From Spirochaetota bacterium (GTDB lineage: Bacteria; Spirochaetota; B62-G9; DRHN01), in contig JAFGTF010000022.1 in the NCBI GenBank assembly GCA_016934265.1, positions 9,172 through 73,171 on the forward strand: DNA of 64,000 nucleotides, written 5' to 3'. A model generated the notes under the pieces. It worked only from the letters and a program-made list of their open reading frames with translations. It did no database searches and was not told the origin of the DNA. A program made the position numbers and the translations under genes. Of this stretch, positions 48,201 through 56,762 are shown piece after piece; positions within the stretch are counted from its first letter, which is position 1, and every line of letters starts with the position of its first letter.

Positions 48201-49222
48201 AGAAGCTTAGGGTCGACAAGATCGCCTCCGTGACCGTCAACCTCGGTCTTTCGAAGACTGTGGAGGTCTCTGACAGAATCAGCGCCAGGCAGGGTGCGGT
48301 CTGCGTTGTCAGGGCGCTCGAGGAGAAGCGGGTCTACGACAAGCTGGAGCTGTCATCCGGGCGCATGGCAAAGATATCGAGGGGCGACATAATCGTCGGC
48401 GCCCTCGGTAAAAGGCGCGCGCTCATGGGATTCTGCGGCGTCGTTCCCGAGTCCGTGAAGACCGGCGATACGCTCAACATCCTCAATATAGGGGGTGTGA
48501 TCGGAAAGGCCACGAGCTACAACCGGGACTACGGGCTCCCGCTCAAGGTGGAAGTGCTCGGTGCGGCCTGCAGGGAGGGGACGCCTCTCAATATAGCGGA
48601 CCACGCAAGGCCCGTCGCCTCCACGCTGCGATCGTCGATGCCGATCGTCGTCGTCTCGGGAACGTCAATGAACAGCGGCAAGACGGTAGCCGCATCGAAG
48701 ATCGTCCAGGAGCTCACCTGGAAAGGGTATACGGTCGCAGCGGCAAAGGTGTCCGGAGTGTCCGCGTTGAAGGATACTCTCAACATGATGGACCATGGTG
48801 CGGTAGAGGCGCTCTCGTTTCTCGATTTCGGCTACCCCTCCACGGTCGGATCGGAGGATGTGCCCCGTATTACGAAGGGCGCGCTCAACGCCCTCTCGGA
48901 GTCGGATCCGGATGTCTGTGTGGTAGAGCTCGGGGACGGCATTCTGGGGGACTACGGGGTGAAAACGTTCTTTTCCGACCGGGAGATCGCTTCCGCGATC
49001 TCTTGCAACATCGTGTGCGCGATCGATCCGGTGGGGGCGTGGGGGATAACCGAGATCCTGCGAAAGGAGGGGATCGGTGTGGACCTCGTCTCCGGTCCCA
49101 TAACGGACAACACCGTGGGCATAGATTTTATACGGAACAACCTGGGCTGTACGGGCATCAACGCGGTGGACGGGAAGAAGCTCGGCGACTTCGTTCAGCG
49201 CCGTATAGGTGAAAAGTCATGA
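48191..49222 (+). CDS. DUF1611-like P-loop (BioD/CobQ-fold) protein of unknown function embedded in the arginine cluster
   Basis: ATG at 48191 overlaps the argG end. Rossmann-like N-domain, then P-loop 'VVVSGTSMNSGKTVAASKIV'. The 3' end overlaps the argC start. The family assignment is tentative. Confidence 0.4.
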   Translation: MALKKLRVDKIASVTVNLGLSKTVEVSDRISARQGAVCVVRALEEKRVYDKLELSSGRMAKISRGDIIVGALGKRRALMGFCGVVPESVKTGDTLNILNIGGVIGKATSYNRDYGLPLKVEVLGAACREGTPLNIADHARPVASTLRSSMPIVVVSGTSMNSGKTVAASKIVQELTWKGYTVAAAKVSGVSALKDTLNMMDHGAVEALSFLDFGYPSTVGSEDVPRITKGALNALSESDPDVCVVELGDGILGDYGVKTFFSDREIASAISCNIVCAIDPVGAWGITEILRKEGIGVDLVSGPITDNTVGIDFIRNNLGCTGINAVDGKKLGDFVQRRIGEKS

Positions 49223-50271
49223 TCTTCAAGAGCAAAAAACGGATCAGCGTCGGTATTATCGGCGGCGCGGGATACGGGGGCTCCGAGCTCCTCAGGATTC
49301 TTCTCTTTCACCCGAAGGTGCAGCTTTTATTCGTCACTTCCAGACAGCACGCGGGGAAAAAGGTCGCGTCCGTAAACCGGTTCCTCACCGGGGTCACCGA
49401 CCTCGTGTTCACGGAGCCCGACATCGACGGCATTCCGCAGGACACCGACCTCGTGTTCTTCGCGACGCCGCACGGCGTGTCCATGACCATGATGAAGGCG
49501 CTCGTAAACAGGGTGCCGAAGGCTCGGGTGGTGGACCTGAGCGGGGATTTCCGCCTGAAGAACGCGAACGTATACAGGCAGTACTACGGAAAGGAACACG
49601 GGGCCGCGGAGCTTTTAGAGCGGTTTTTCTACGGCCTTCCGGAGTTTTGCCGGGACTCGGTGAAGAATGCGCAGTATGTCGCGAATCCCGGATGCTTCGC
49701 CACCGGGATCATCTTTGCGCTGTACCCCCTCTTTTTAGCCGATGCGGTCGGCAGGGCCGTACACGTCGTATCGGTAACCGGGTCTTCCGGATCGGGTGAG
49801 TCGCCGAAAGCGGTGACGCATCATCCGTACAGGGCGAAAAACTTCAAGTCTTATAAAATACTGGAGCATCAGCACCTGCCGGAGATTCAGCAGTTCTTCC
49901 GGTCCCAGTTTCCCGGCCGGGATACGGAGATAGGGATCGTGCCGCAGTCCGGCCCCTTCGTCAGAGGGATATACACCACCTCGTCGGTATACGGCGTTTC
50001 CGCGTCGTCAGACGACGTACGGGCGGCGTTCGAATCGTCGTACGAAAACGAGCGGTTCGTCAGGATCGTGGATGAATCCCCGGAGGTAACGACGGTTTGC
50101 GGGACGAACCACGTGGAGGTCGCCTTTGTCTGCAAGAACGACTGGATCGTGAGCATGAGCGCGATAGACAACCTCGTCCGAGGCGCGAGCGGTCAGGCCG
50201 TGCAGAATATGAACCTCATGTTCGGATTCGACGAAGACGAGGGCCTCCTGTTTCCCGGCATGAGACCGTAA
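49219..50271 (+). CDS. argC: N-acetyl-gamma-glutamyl-phosphate reductase
   Basis: 'ISVGIIGGAGYGGSELLRIL', catalytic Cys in 'ANPGCFATG', C-terminal 'NLVRGASGQAVQNMNLMFG'. Confidence 0.9.
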   Translation: MIFKSKKRISVGIIGGAGYGGSELLRILLFHPKVQLLFVTSRQHAGKKVASVNRFLTGVTDLVFTEPDIDGIPQDTDLVFFATPHGVSMTMMKALVNRVPKARVVDLSGDFRLKNANVYRQYYGKEHGAAELLERFFYGLPEFCRDSVKNAQYVANPGCFATGIIFALYPLFLADAVGRAVHVVSVTGSSGSGESPKAVTHHPYRAKNFKSYKILEHQHLPEIQQFFRSQFPGRDTEIGIVPQSGPFVRGIYTTSSVYGVSASSDDVRAAFESSYENERFVRIVDESPEVTTVCGTNHVEVAFVCKNDWIVSMSAIDNLVRGASGQAVQNMNLMFGFDEDEGLLFPGMRP

Positions 50272-50312
50272 CCGCGGCGCCGTTCGTACCACTACTAAAG
50301 AGGATACAAAAG

Positions 50313-51485
50313 ATGGGAATGAAATTCGACGAGATCAAGGAAATGGAAGAGAAGTACCAGCTCGGTACGTACAGGAAGCTCTCTTTGGCGGTTGCGCGCG
50401 GCGAGGGCGTATACGTGTGGGACACGGAGGGAAAACGGTATCTCGACCTGTACGGCGGGCACGCGGTGGCGCTGGTCGGCCACTGCCATCCCCGGGTCGT
50501 AAAGGCGGTTTCCGATCAGGTCAAGACGCTCGTCTTCTACTCGAACGTCGTATACTCCGAGGTACGGGCGCTCGCGTCGAAGGCGATCGTCGAGGTGGCG
50601 CCTTCCTCGATGGACAGGGTGTTCTTTTGCAACTCGGGTGCAGAGGCGAACGAGACCGCTCTCAAGATCGCGCGCCGGTTCACCGGCAAAACGAGGGTGG
50701 TCGCGATGAAGGAGGGGTTTCACGGGAGGACCATCGGTGCACTCAGCGCCACCGCGCTCGGCCACTACCGGAGTGATTTCATACCCGTGCTCGATGCGTT
50801 CGATTTCATCCCGTTTGGAGACGCCGGCGCGCTCGAGAGCGCCGTATCGGACCAAACCGCGGCGGTGATGCTCGAGCCCGTCCAGTCCATGGCCGGGGTC
50901 GAGATCGCGGACGACGGGTACTATAAAAAGCTTCGACGGATCTCGTCCGCGCACGGCGCCCTGCTCATCTTCGACGAAATACAGACCGGATTCGGGAGAA
51001 CGGGCGAGTGGTTCTTCGGAGACCGTATCGGTGTGGTTCCCGACCTCATCACCCTCGCCAAGGGAATCGGGGGCGGCCTGCCGCTCGGCGCCGTTTTGAT
51101 AGACAAACGCGTGTCAAAGACGATAGGGTACGGGGAGCACGGATCGACGTTCGGCGGCGGCCCCGTTGCAGCGAGCGCTCTTTTCGCCACGATACAGGCG
51201 ATACGGGAGGATAAGCTTTTAGAAAACGCCAGGGATACGGGCGAATATCTGAAAACCGAGCTGCAGAAGATCGGCATCGTTAAAGCGGTGAAGGGGCGGG
51301 GGCTCCTTTTGGGTATAGAGATAACAAAGAAGGCCTCCGATTGCCGGGACCGGCTGCTCGAGCGGGGAATCATCACCGGCACGTCGGCGAAACCGGACGT
51401 GCTCAGGCTTCTGCCTCCCCTCGTGCTCACGCCCGATGAGGCAAAGCCATTTATCGAAGCGCTGACCGAGTACGGCGAGGGGTGA
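50313..51485 (+). CDS. argD: acetylornithine aminotransferase
   Basis: Class III aminotransferase: 'LDLYGGHAVALVGHCHP', 'FCNSGAEANETALKIAR', 'LIFDEIQTGFGRTG', PLP-Lys 'TLAKGIGGG'. ATG at 50313 with an AAAGAGG RBS. Confidence 0.9.
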   Translation: MGMKFDEIKEMEEKYQLGTYRKLSLAVARGEGVYVWDTEGKRYLDLYGGHAVALVGHCHPRVVKAVSDQVKTLVFYSNVVYSEVRALASKAIVEVAPSSMDRVFFCNSGAEANETALKIARRFTGKTRVVAMKEGFHGRTIGALSATALGHYRSDFIPVLDAFDFIPFGDAGALESAVSDQTAAVMLEPVQSMAGVEIADDGYYKKLRRISSAHGALLIFDEIQTGFGRTGEWFFGDRIGVVPDLITLAKGIGGGLPLGAVLIDKRVSKTIGYGEHGSTFGGGPVAASALFATIQAIREDKLLENARDTGEYLKTELQKIGIVKAVKGRGLLLGIEITKKASDCRDRLLERGIITGTSAKPDVLRLLPPLVLTPDEAKPFIEALTEYGEG

Positions 51486-51524
51486 GGAGGCGCTGAGGGC
51501 TATTTACTACGAAGGGGTGGCATT

Positions 51525-52526
51525 ATGGAACACTTTATAACGACGGCGGATTTCTCGGCGGATGAGCTCGACGAGCTCATCGACCGTGCGGGACGCATGA
51601 AGCGGGGGGAAGAGGCGCCTACCGTGGCGGGGAAAAATCTTATACTGCTTTTTTTCAACCCCTCTCTCAGAACGAGAACATCGTTCGAGTTCGCGATGCA
51701 ACAGCTCGGCGGCAATACCGTCACGCTCAATACGGGCGGGGACACGTGGAAGCTCGAGGACAGAGAGGGCGTGGTCATGGACGGTGAGGCTGCGGAGCAC
51801 ATTACGGACGCGGCGCGGGTTTTGGGACGGTATGCGGACGCTATCGGAATACGGGTGTTCGCCGCGGGGGAATCATGGGAAAAGGACAGAAAGGACCCCG
51901 TGCTCGGGGCCTTCGTGCGGGAAGCGGGTGTGCCGGTCGTCAACATGGAGTCGTCCCTCTACCACCCGAACCAGGCGCTCGGGGACATCATGACCGTAAA
52001 GGAGCATTTCGGGAGGGATATACGGGGCCTTCCCATAACCATAACCTGGGCGAACCACCCGAATCCGCTCCCCATGGCGGTGGCGAACTCGATACTTCTT
52101 ATCTCCTGCCGTTTCGGGATGGACGTACGGCTCGTGCGGCCTGAAGGATACGACCTCGACGAAACCGTGATGGACAGGGCGAAAGAGCTTTTAAAAGAGT
52201 CAAAAGGGAGCATACGAGTAACCGATAACATAAATGAGGGTTTCAAAGGCTCCAGGGTGGTCTACGCGAAGAGCTGGGGAAGCATCCGCTTCTACGGTGA
52301 CAAGAAGAGGGAGCGCGAACATCGTAAAAGCCTCGACGGGTGGATCGTCGACGACGAGAAGATGGCCCTCACGGACGGCGGTGTGTTCATGCACTGCCTT
52401 CCGGTACGACGCAACGTTGTGGTGACCGACTCGGTCATCGACGGTAAAAGCTCGATCGTCTACGACGAGGCCGAGAACCGGCTCCATGCGCAGAAGGCCG
52501 TGCTCTGCCGCCTCCTCGGAGGATAG
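51525..52526 (+). CDS. argF': N-acetylornithine (or N-succinylornithine) carbamoyltransferase, ArgF' type
   Basis: Near-collinear with Xanthomonas AOTCase: 'LLFFNPSLRTRTSFE', 'VNMESSLYHPNQALGD', 'VVYAKSWGS...IVDDEKMALTDGGVFMHCLPVRRNV...DEAENRLHAQKA'. The canonical ornithine-binding 'DxxxSMG' motif is replaced by 'AKSWGS'. Confidence 0.85.
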   Translation: MEHFITTADFSADELDELIDRAGRMKRGEEAPTVAGKNLILLFFNPSLRTRTSFEFAMQQLGGNTVTLNTGGDTWKLEDREGVVMDGEAAEHITDAARVLGRYADAIGIRVFAAGESWEKDRKDPVLGAFVREAGVPVVNMESSLYHPNQALGDIMTVKEHFGRDIRGLPITITWANHPNPLPMAVANSILLISCRFGMDVRLVRPEGYDLDETVMDRAKELLKESKGSIRVTDNINEGFKGSRVVYAKSWGSIRFYGDKKREREHRKSLDGWIVDDEKMALTDGGVFMHCLPVRRNVVVTDSVIDGKSSIVYDEAENRLHAQKAVLCRLLGG

Positions 52527-52688
52527 TGATGAGAAACTCGTTCGCCGGCCTAAAAGGAGGCGGAGGAGGAAAAAAAGCAATCATCGTGCGGTCCGAACAA
52601 ACCGCGGATAAGAAAACAAACGCGGGACCGGCCCGGGTAGAACAATAGGCGGGATTTGCTCGGGTAGAACAATAGGCGGGAGTATATT

Positions 52689-53606
52689 ATGGAGGATATA
52701 GGCATCCTCAAACAGGCACTTCCCTATTTCAAAGAGTACAAGGGGAAGACGTTCGTCATAAAGGTGGGCGGCGAGCTCGTACAGGAGTACAGGGTCATCG
52801 ACGGTATCGCGCAGGACGTCTCCCTCATGCACCAGACCGGCATCAGGACGGTGCTCGTGCACGGCGGCGGTCCGCAGGCGAACGAGCTCTCGCAACGTCT
52901 CGGAATCACGCCGAAGATAGTGGGGGGCAGGAGGGTCACCGACGAGGAGGCGCTCGAGGTAACGAAGATGGTGTTCGCCGGGAAGATCAACCACGAAATC
53001 CTCACCCTCATCCAGAAGCATGGTTCGAGTGCGGTCGGTCTCTCCGGGATAGACGGCAGCATGATAGTGGCGCGGCGCCGGGCGCCGATGGAGATCACGG
53101 ACCGGGCCACTGGAGAAACGAACAACGTCGACTACGGCCACGTCGGCGATATCAGGGAAGTCAACGTCGGCCTTTTGGAAACGCTTCTCTCCGAGGGATA
53201 CGTGCCGGTCATATCGTCGCTCGCGGACGACGGCGAGGGGAATATTCTGAACATCAACGCCGATACCGTCGCCTCACGACTCGCGGTCGCGCTCGGTGCA
53301 TACAAGTTCATCACCATGACGAACGTGAACGGGGTGCTGAAAAACAGGGACGATCCGGAATCGAAGATTTCGTATATTTCGAAAAAACAGGCAGAGCGTC
53401 TCATCGAAGAGGGAACGCTGGCGGGCGGTATGGTGCCCAAGGTACAGACGTGCCTTGATGCGGTGAAAGGCGGCGTGAAGCGTGTCCATATCTTGAACGG
53501 CTTCGAGAAGGATTCTCTCCTCAAAGAGGTGTTCACGAAGAAAGGCGTGGGCACGATGATTCTGACCGATGAAGATGCGGAGGAATACGGTGCACGGGGT
53601 TATTGA
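52689..53606 (+). CDS. argB: acetylglutamate kinase
   Basis: 'FVIKVGGELV', 'VLVHGGGPQ', 'NINADTVA', 'TMTNVNGVL'. Confidence 0.9.
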   Translation: MEDIGILKQALPYFKEYKGKTFVIKVGGELVQEYRVIDGIAQDVSLMHQTGIRTVLVHGGGPQANELSQRLGITPKIVGGRRVTDEEALEVTKMVFAGKINHEILTLIQKHGSSAVGLSGIDGSMIVARRRAPMEITDRATGETNNVDYGHVGDIREVNVGLLETLLSEGYVPVISSLADDGEGNILNINADTVASRLAVALGAYKFITMTNVNGVLKNRDDPESKISYISKKQAERLIEEGTLAGGMVPKVQTCLDAVKGGVKRVHILNGFEKDSLLKEVFTKKGVGTMILTDEDAEEYGARGY

Positions 53607-53735
53607 ATTACGCGGCTTCGGCCCGTAACGCAATAACCGTCCGATACGTATCCGGAGGATCGAAATCTCGGATTTCAGCCCCCGGAATACGTACTGCACG
53701 GGGTCATTGAATTCTGGAAATGGAGGAGTGGAAGA

Positions 53736-55142
53736 GTGGCGCTGAGAGACGGAAGGTTCGAAAATCCCGTTTCGGAGAGCTTCGGCAGAATAAATCCGTC
53801 CATCCACGTGGACCGTAGACTCTTCAAGGAGGATATACGGGGTTCGATCGCCTATGCCGGAGCCCTCGGGAAGAACAAGATCATCAGCAGGGAGGAGGAG
53901 GCGCTCATTGTCGGAGGTTTGAGTGAAATAGAGAAGGAGATAGAGGAGGGCGGCTTCCCGTTTTCCGAAGAGGACGAGGACATACACATGAACGTGGAGC
54001 GGCGGCTTTTCGAAAAGATAGGTGAAGCCGCATACAAACTCCATACGGGGAGGAGCAGGAACGAGCAGATCGTTCTCGACGAGATGCTCTATCTCAAAAA
54101 GGCGACGTCCGAGCTCGACCGGTCGCTAAAAGCCACGGTCTCGGCGGCCCTTGGTGCCGCGAAAGGATGCGTGGAGGTAGTCGTTCCATCCTACACACAC
54201 CTCAGGCGCGCGCAGCCTGCAAGCCTCGCGCATCTCTTTCTCGCGTACTGCCACCCGCTGCAGCGGGCGAGGGAGCGCTGTTCCGATTACTGGAAGCGGC
54301 TCGACAGGATGCCGCTCGGGTCCGGTGCGGTCGCAGGCTCGGCGCTCGGCATCGACAGGGCATACCTCGCCGACAAACTAGGCTTCTCCGGGATCACGGA
54401 AAATTCGATCGACGCCGTCTCCACCAGGGATTTCATCCTCGAATTCGTATGGATATGCGCCGAGGCGTGCACCACGCTTTCGAGAATCTCCGAGGACCTC
54501 ATCATCCTTTCTTCCGAGGAGTTCGGTTTCCTCCGCCTGCCGGATGGTTTCTGCACCACCTCCTCGCTCATGCCGCAGAAGGCGAATCCCGATGCGCTCG
54601 AGCTCGTACGGGGAAAATCGTCGAGGGTTACGGCGGCCCTCGTGTCGCTTTTCACCCTTTTAAAGGGGCTCCCCTATTCCTACGACCGGGACCTGCAGGA
54701 GGACAAGGAGCCGATGTTCGACGCGGCGGACACGACCCTTTCGGTGCTCGGCGTGGTAAAAGGGATCTTCGAGGGCCTCAAGGTGAACGAGGAGAGGATC
54801 AAGCTCGCGGTAGAGGGTTCGGGAGACCTCATATTCGCCACCGACGTCGCGGACTGGCTCGTGAGACGCGGTATACCGTTCAGGGAGGCCCACAGGACGG
54901 TGGGAAAGATCGTCGGTTTCGCGGTAAAGGAGAAGAAAGGATTGCGCGAGCTCTCCGTCGGGGAGTACCGGCGGTTCTGCGGGCTGTTCGACGAATCGGT
55001 GTACGACCTGTTCGACTACAGGCGGTCGGTCGACAGCCACGACGTTCCCGGAGGGACGGCCTTCACGAGGGTCCGGGAGCAGATCGGCACGCTCGAAAAG
55101 GCGCTGAAACGGGGAGAAGACCTCGGCGCGGGCTCCCACTGA
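53736..55142 (+). CDS. argH: argininosuccinate lyase
   Basis: Fumarase/lyase class: 'GSGAVAGSALGIDRAYLA', signature 'SSLMPQKANPDALELVRGK'. GTG start with a GGAGG RBS. Confidence 0.9.
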   Translation: MALRDGRFENPVSESFGRINPSIHVDRRLFKEDIRGSIAYAGALGKNKIISREEEALIVGGLSEIEKEIEEGGFPFSEEDEDIHMNVERRLFEKIGEAAYKLHTGRSRNEQIVLDEMLYLKKATSELDRSLKATVSAALGAAKGCVEVVVPSYTHLRRAQPASLAHLFLAYCHPLQRARERCSDYWKRLDRMPLGSGAVAGSALGIDRAYLADKLGFSGITENSIDAVSTRDFILEFVWICAEACTTLSRISEDLIILSSEEFGFLRLPDGFCTTSSLMPQKANPDALELVRGKSSRVTAALVSLFTLLKGLPYSYDRDLQEDKEPMFDAADTTLSVLGVVKGIFEGLKVNEERIKLAVEGSGDLIFATDVADWLVRRGIPFREAHRTVGKIVGFAVKEKKGLRELSVGEYRRFCGLFDESVYDLFDYRRSVDSHDVPGGTAFTRVREQIGTLEKALKRGEDLGAGSH

Positions 55143-55298
55143 AAACCGGATCGCAACGCTCCGTTACGTTCCCTCCGAATTCGTAAAGCAGCAAACGGTT
55201 CAGAAAGCTCTCCGCGTATCGGCACGGCTGAAAGAGGAACGTGGGACATCCGAACGGCGTCAGCGCCGCTTTATCCATGTAATCGTTCCGAATTGTGT

Positions 55299-55326
55299 TT
55301 GAAATATTATCCCCCCGTACTATAAT
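55299..55326 (+). promoter_or_regulatory. sigma70-like promoter (TTGAAA-N16-TATAAT) upstream of zupT, bracketed by an 11-bp perfect inverted repeat
   Basis: -35 TTGAAA at 55299-55304, 16-bp spacer, -10 TATAAT at 55321-55326. The IR arms 'AATCGTTCCGA' at 55281-55291 and 55350-55360 (reverse complement) flank it. Confidence 0.4.
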
Positions 55327-55401
55327 TTCCAGTGTTTTCCGTCATGCAGTCGGAACGATTCGGTGTCTGATCTCCCAAACGGCGGATAACAGGAGGTTGG
55401 C

Positions 55402-56211
55402 ATGCTGGAATCTCTCTTGAGCTTCAATCCCATCGTCCAGGCGCTGTTCGGTACCATATTCACCTGGTTTCTCACCGCGCTCGGCGCGGCCTGTGTATTT
55501 TTAATGAAGAGTCTCAAACGGAAGGTCTTGGACCTCATGCTCGGATTCGCCGCAGGCGTCATGATCGCGGCGAGCTTCTGGTCTCTCCTTCAGCCGGCCA
55601 TAGAGATGTCGGAGGGCGGGAACGTGCCGTCGTTCGTCCCGGCGGTCTCAGGGTTTCTGCTGGGCGGCGTGTTCTTATGGGGCATCGACAGGCTTCTTCC
55701 CCACCTGCATTTAGGGCTCCCGAGGGAGGAGGCGGAGGGCATAAAGACCAGCTGGCAGCGCAGTATCCTGCTTGTTCTCGCGATAACGATTCACAACATC
55801 CCGGAAGGGCTTGCCGTCGGCGTGGCGTTCGGTGCGGTAGCGTCGGGGCTCCCGTCCGCGACGATCGCAGCCGCGGTCGCGCTCGCATTCGGGATCGGGA
55901 TACAGAACTTCCCCGAGGGACTGGCCGTTTCCATGCCGCTTAGGCGCGAGGGCATGTCGAGAGCTAAAAGCTTTTTCTTCGGACAGCTCTCGGGAATGGT
56001 CGAGCCGGTCGCAGGCGTGCTTGGGGCGGCGGCGGTCATTTTCGCCCGGCCGATTCTCCCCTACGCCCTCTCTTTCGCCGCAGGCGCGATGATATTCGTC
56101 GTCGCGGAAGAGCTCATACCGGAGTCGCAGCGCGAGGGCACGGACGTGGCGACGATAGGAGTTATGATCGGATTCGCGGTTATGATGCTGCTCGACGTCG
56201 CGCTCGGCTGA
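55402..56211 (+). CDS. zupT: ZIP family metal (zinc) transporter ZupT
   Basis: 8-TM ZIP protein with '[14 protein letters not shown]' and '[10 protein letters not shown]' metal-binding motifs. Confidence 0.85.
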   Translation: MLESLLSFNPIVQALFGTIFTWFLTALGAACVFLMKSLKRKVLDLMLGFAAGVMIAASFWSLLQPAIEMSEGGNVPSFVPAVSGFLLGGVFLWGIDRLLPHLHLGLPREEAEGIKTSWQRSILLVLAITIHNIPEGLAVGVAFGAVASGLPSATIAAAVALAFGIGIQNFPEGLAVSMPLRREGMSRAKSFFFGQLSGMVEPVAGVLGAAAVIFARPILPYALSFAAGAMIFVVAEELIPESQREGTDVATIGVMIGFAVMMLLDVALG

Positions 56212-56762
56212 AAGACCCCCCATGTAGAATGTCGATACCGGATGGAGAGTGGGCGGCGCAGACGGGCATACGCCCGGCATCCCGGCTCTGTGCCGGCATT
56301 CTCATCAGGATGAAATTCGAATTATTAATTATTTTTACGGCAGATAATCAAAACGCCCGTTTTCTGCGATTGAATATGACAGCCGTTGTAATTCATTATT
56401 ACGTACACTAGAAATAAAACTCGGCATCGGCTATTGTTACAAACGGCGTATATGATTCCGGATTGAATAAGGAAGCCGACGATACAACAGACATCGAAAA
56501 AATGGGGAGTATTAAAATTAGGATTTCGAACTACTATTATGAGTATTTACAATCCTATAACGGATTATAGTCCAGCTTCAAAGTCATCGTTGTATCGGTG
56601 GTTATACGGAGAATGTGAATGCTGTCGGTGTGTGGTAAAGGGGCTGTTATTTTGTCTTCCTTAGGAAGAAAAATTCGGTCTGTGCAGAGGCGTGCCGTCT
56701 ACCGGCCGTGTTCTTTTGACACAAAAGGATGAAGAAATGTATACTGTCCCAATGGTATAGTT

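Noticed and set aside
56212-56762. tRNA or integration site in the AT-rich island
   Set aside because: No cloverleaf-compatible segment, no GTTCGAATC T-loop, and no flanking direct repeats or integrase could be recognised by eye.
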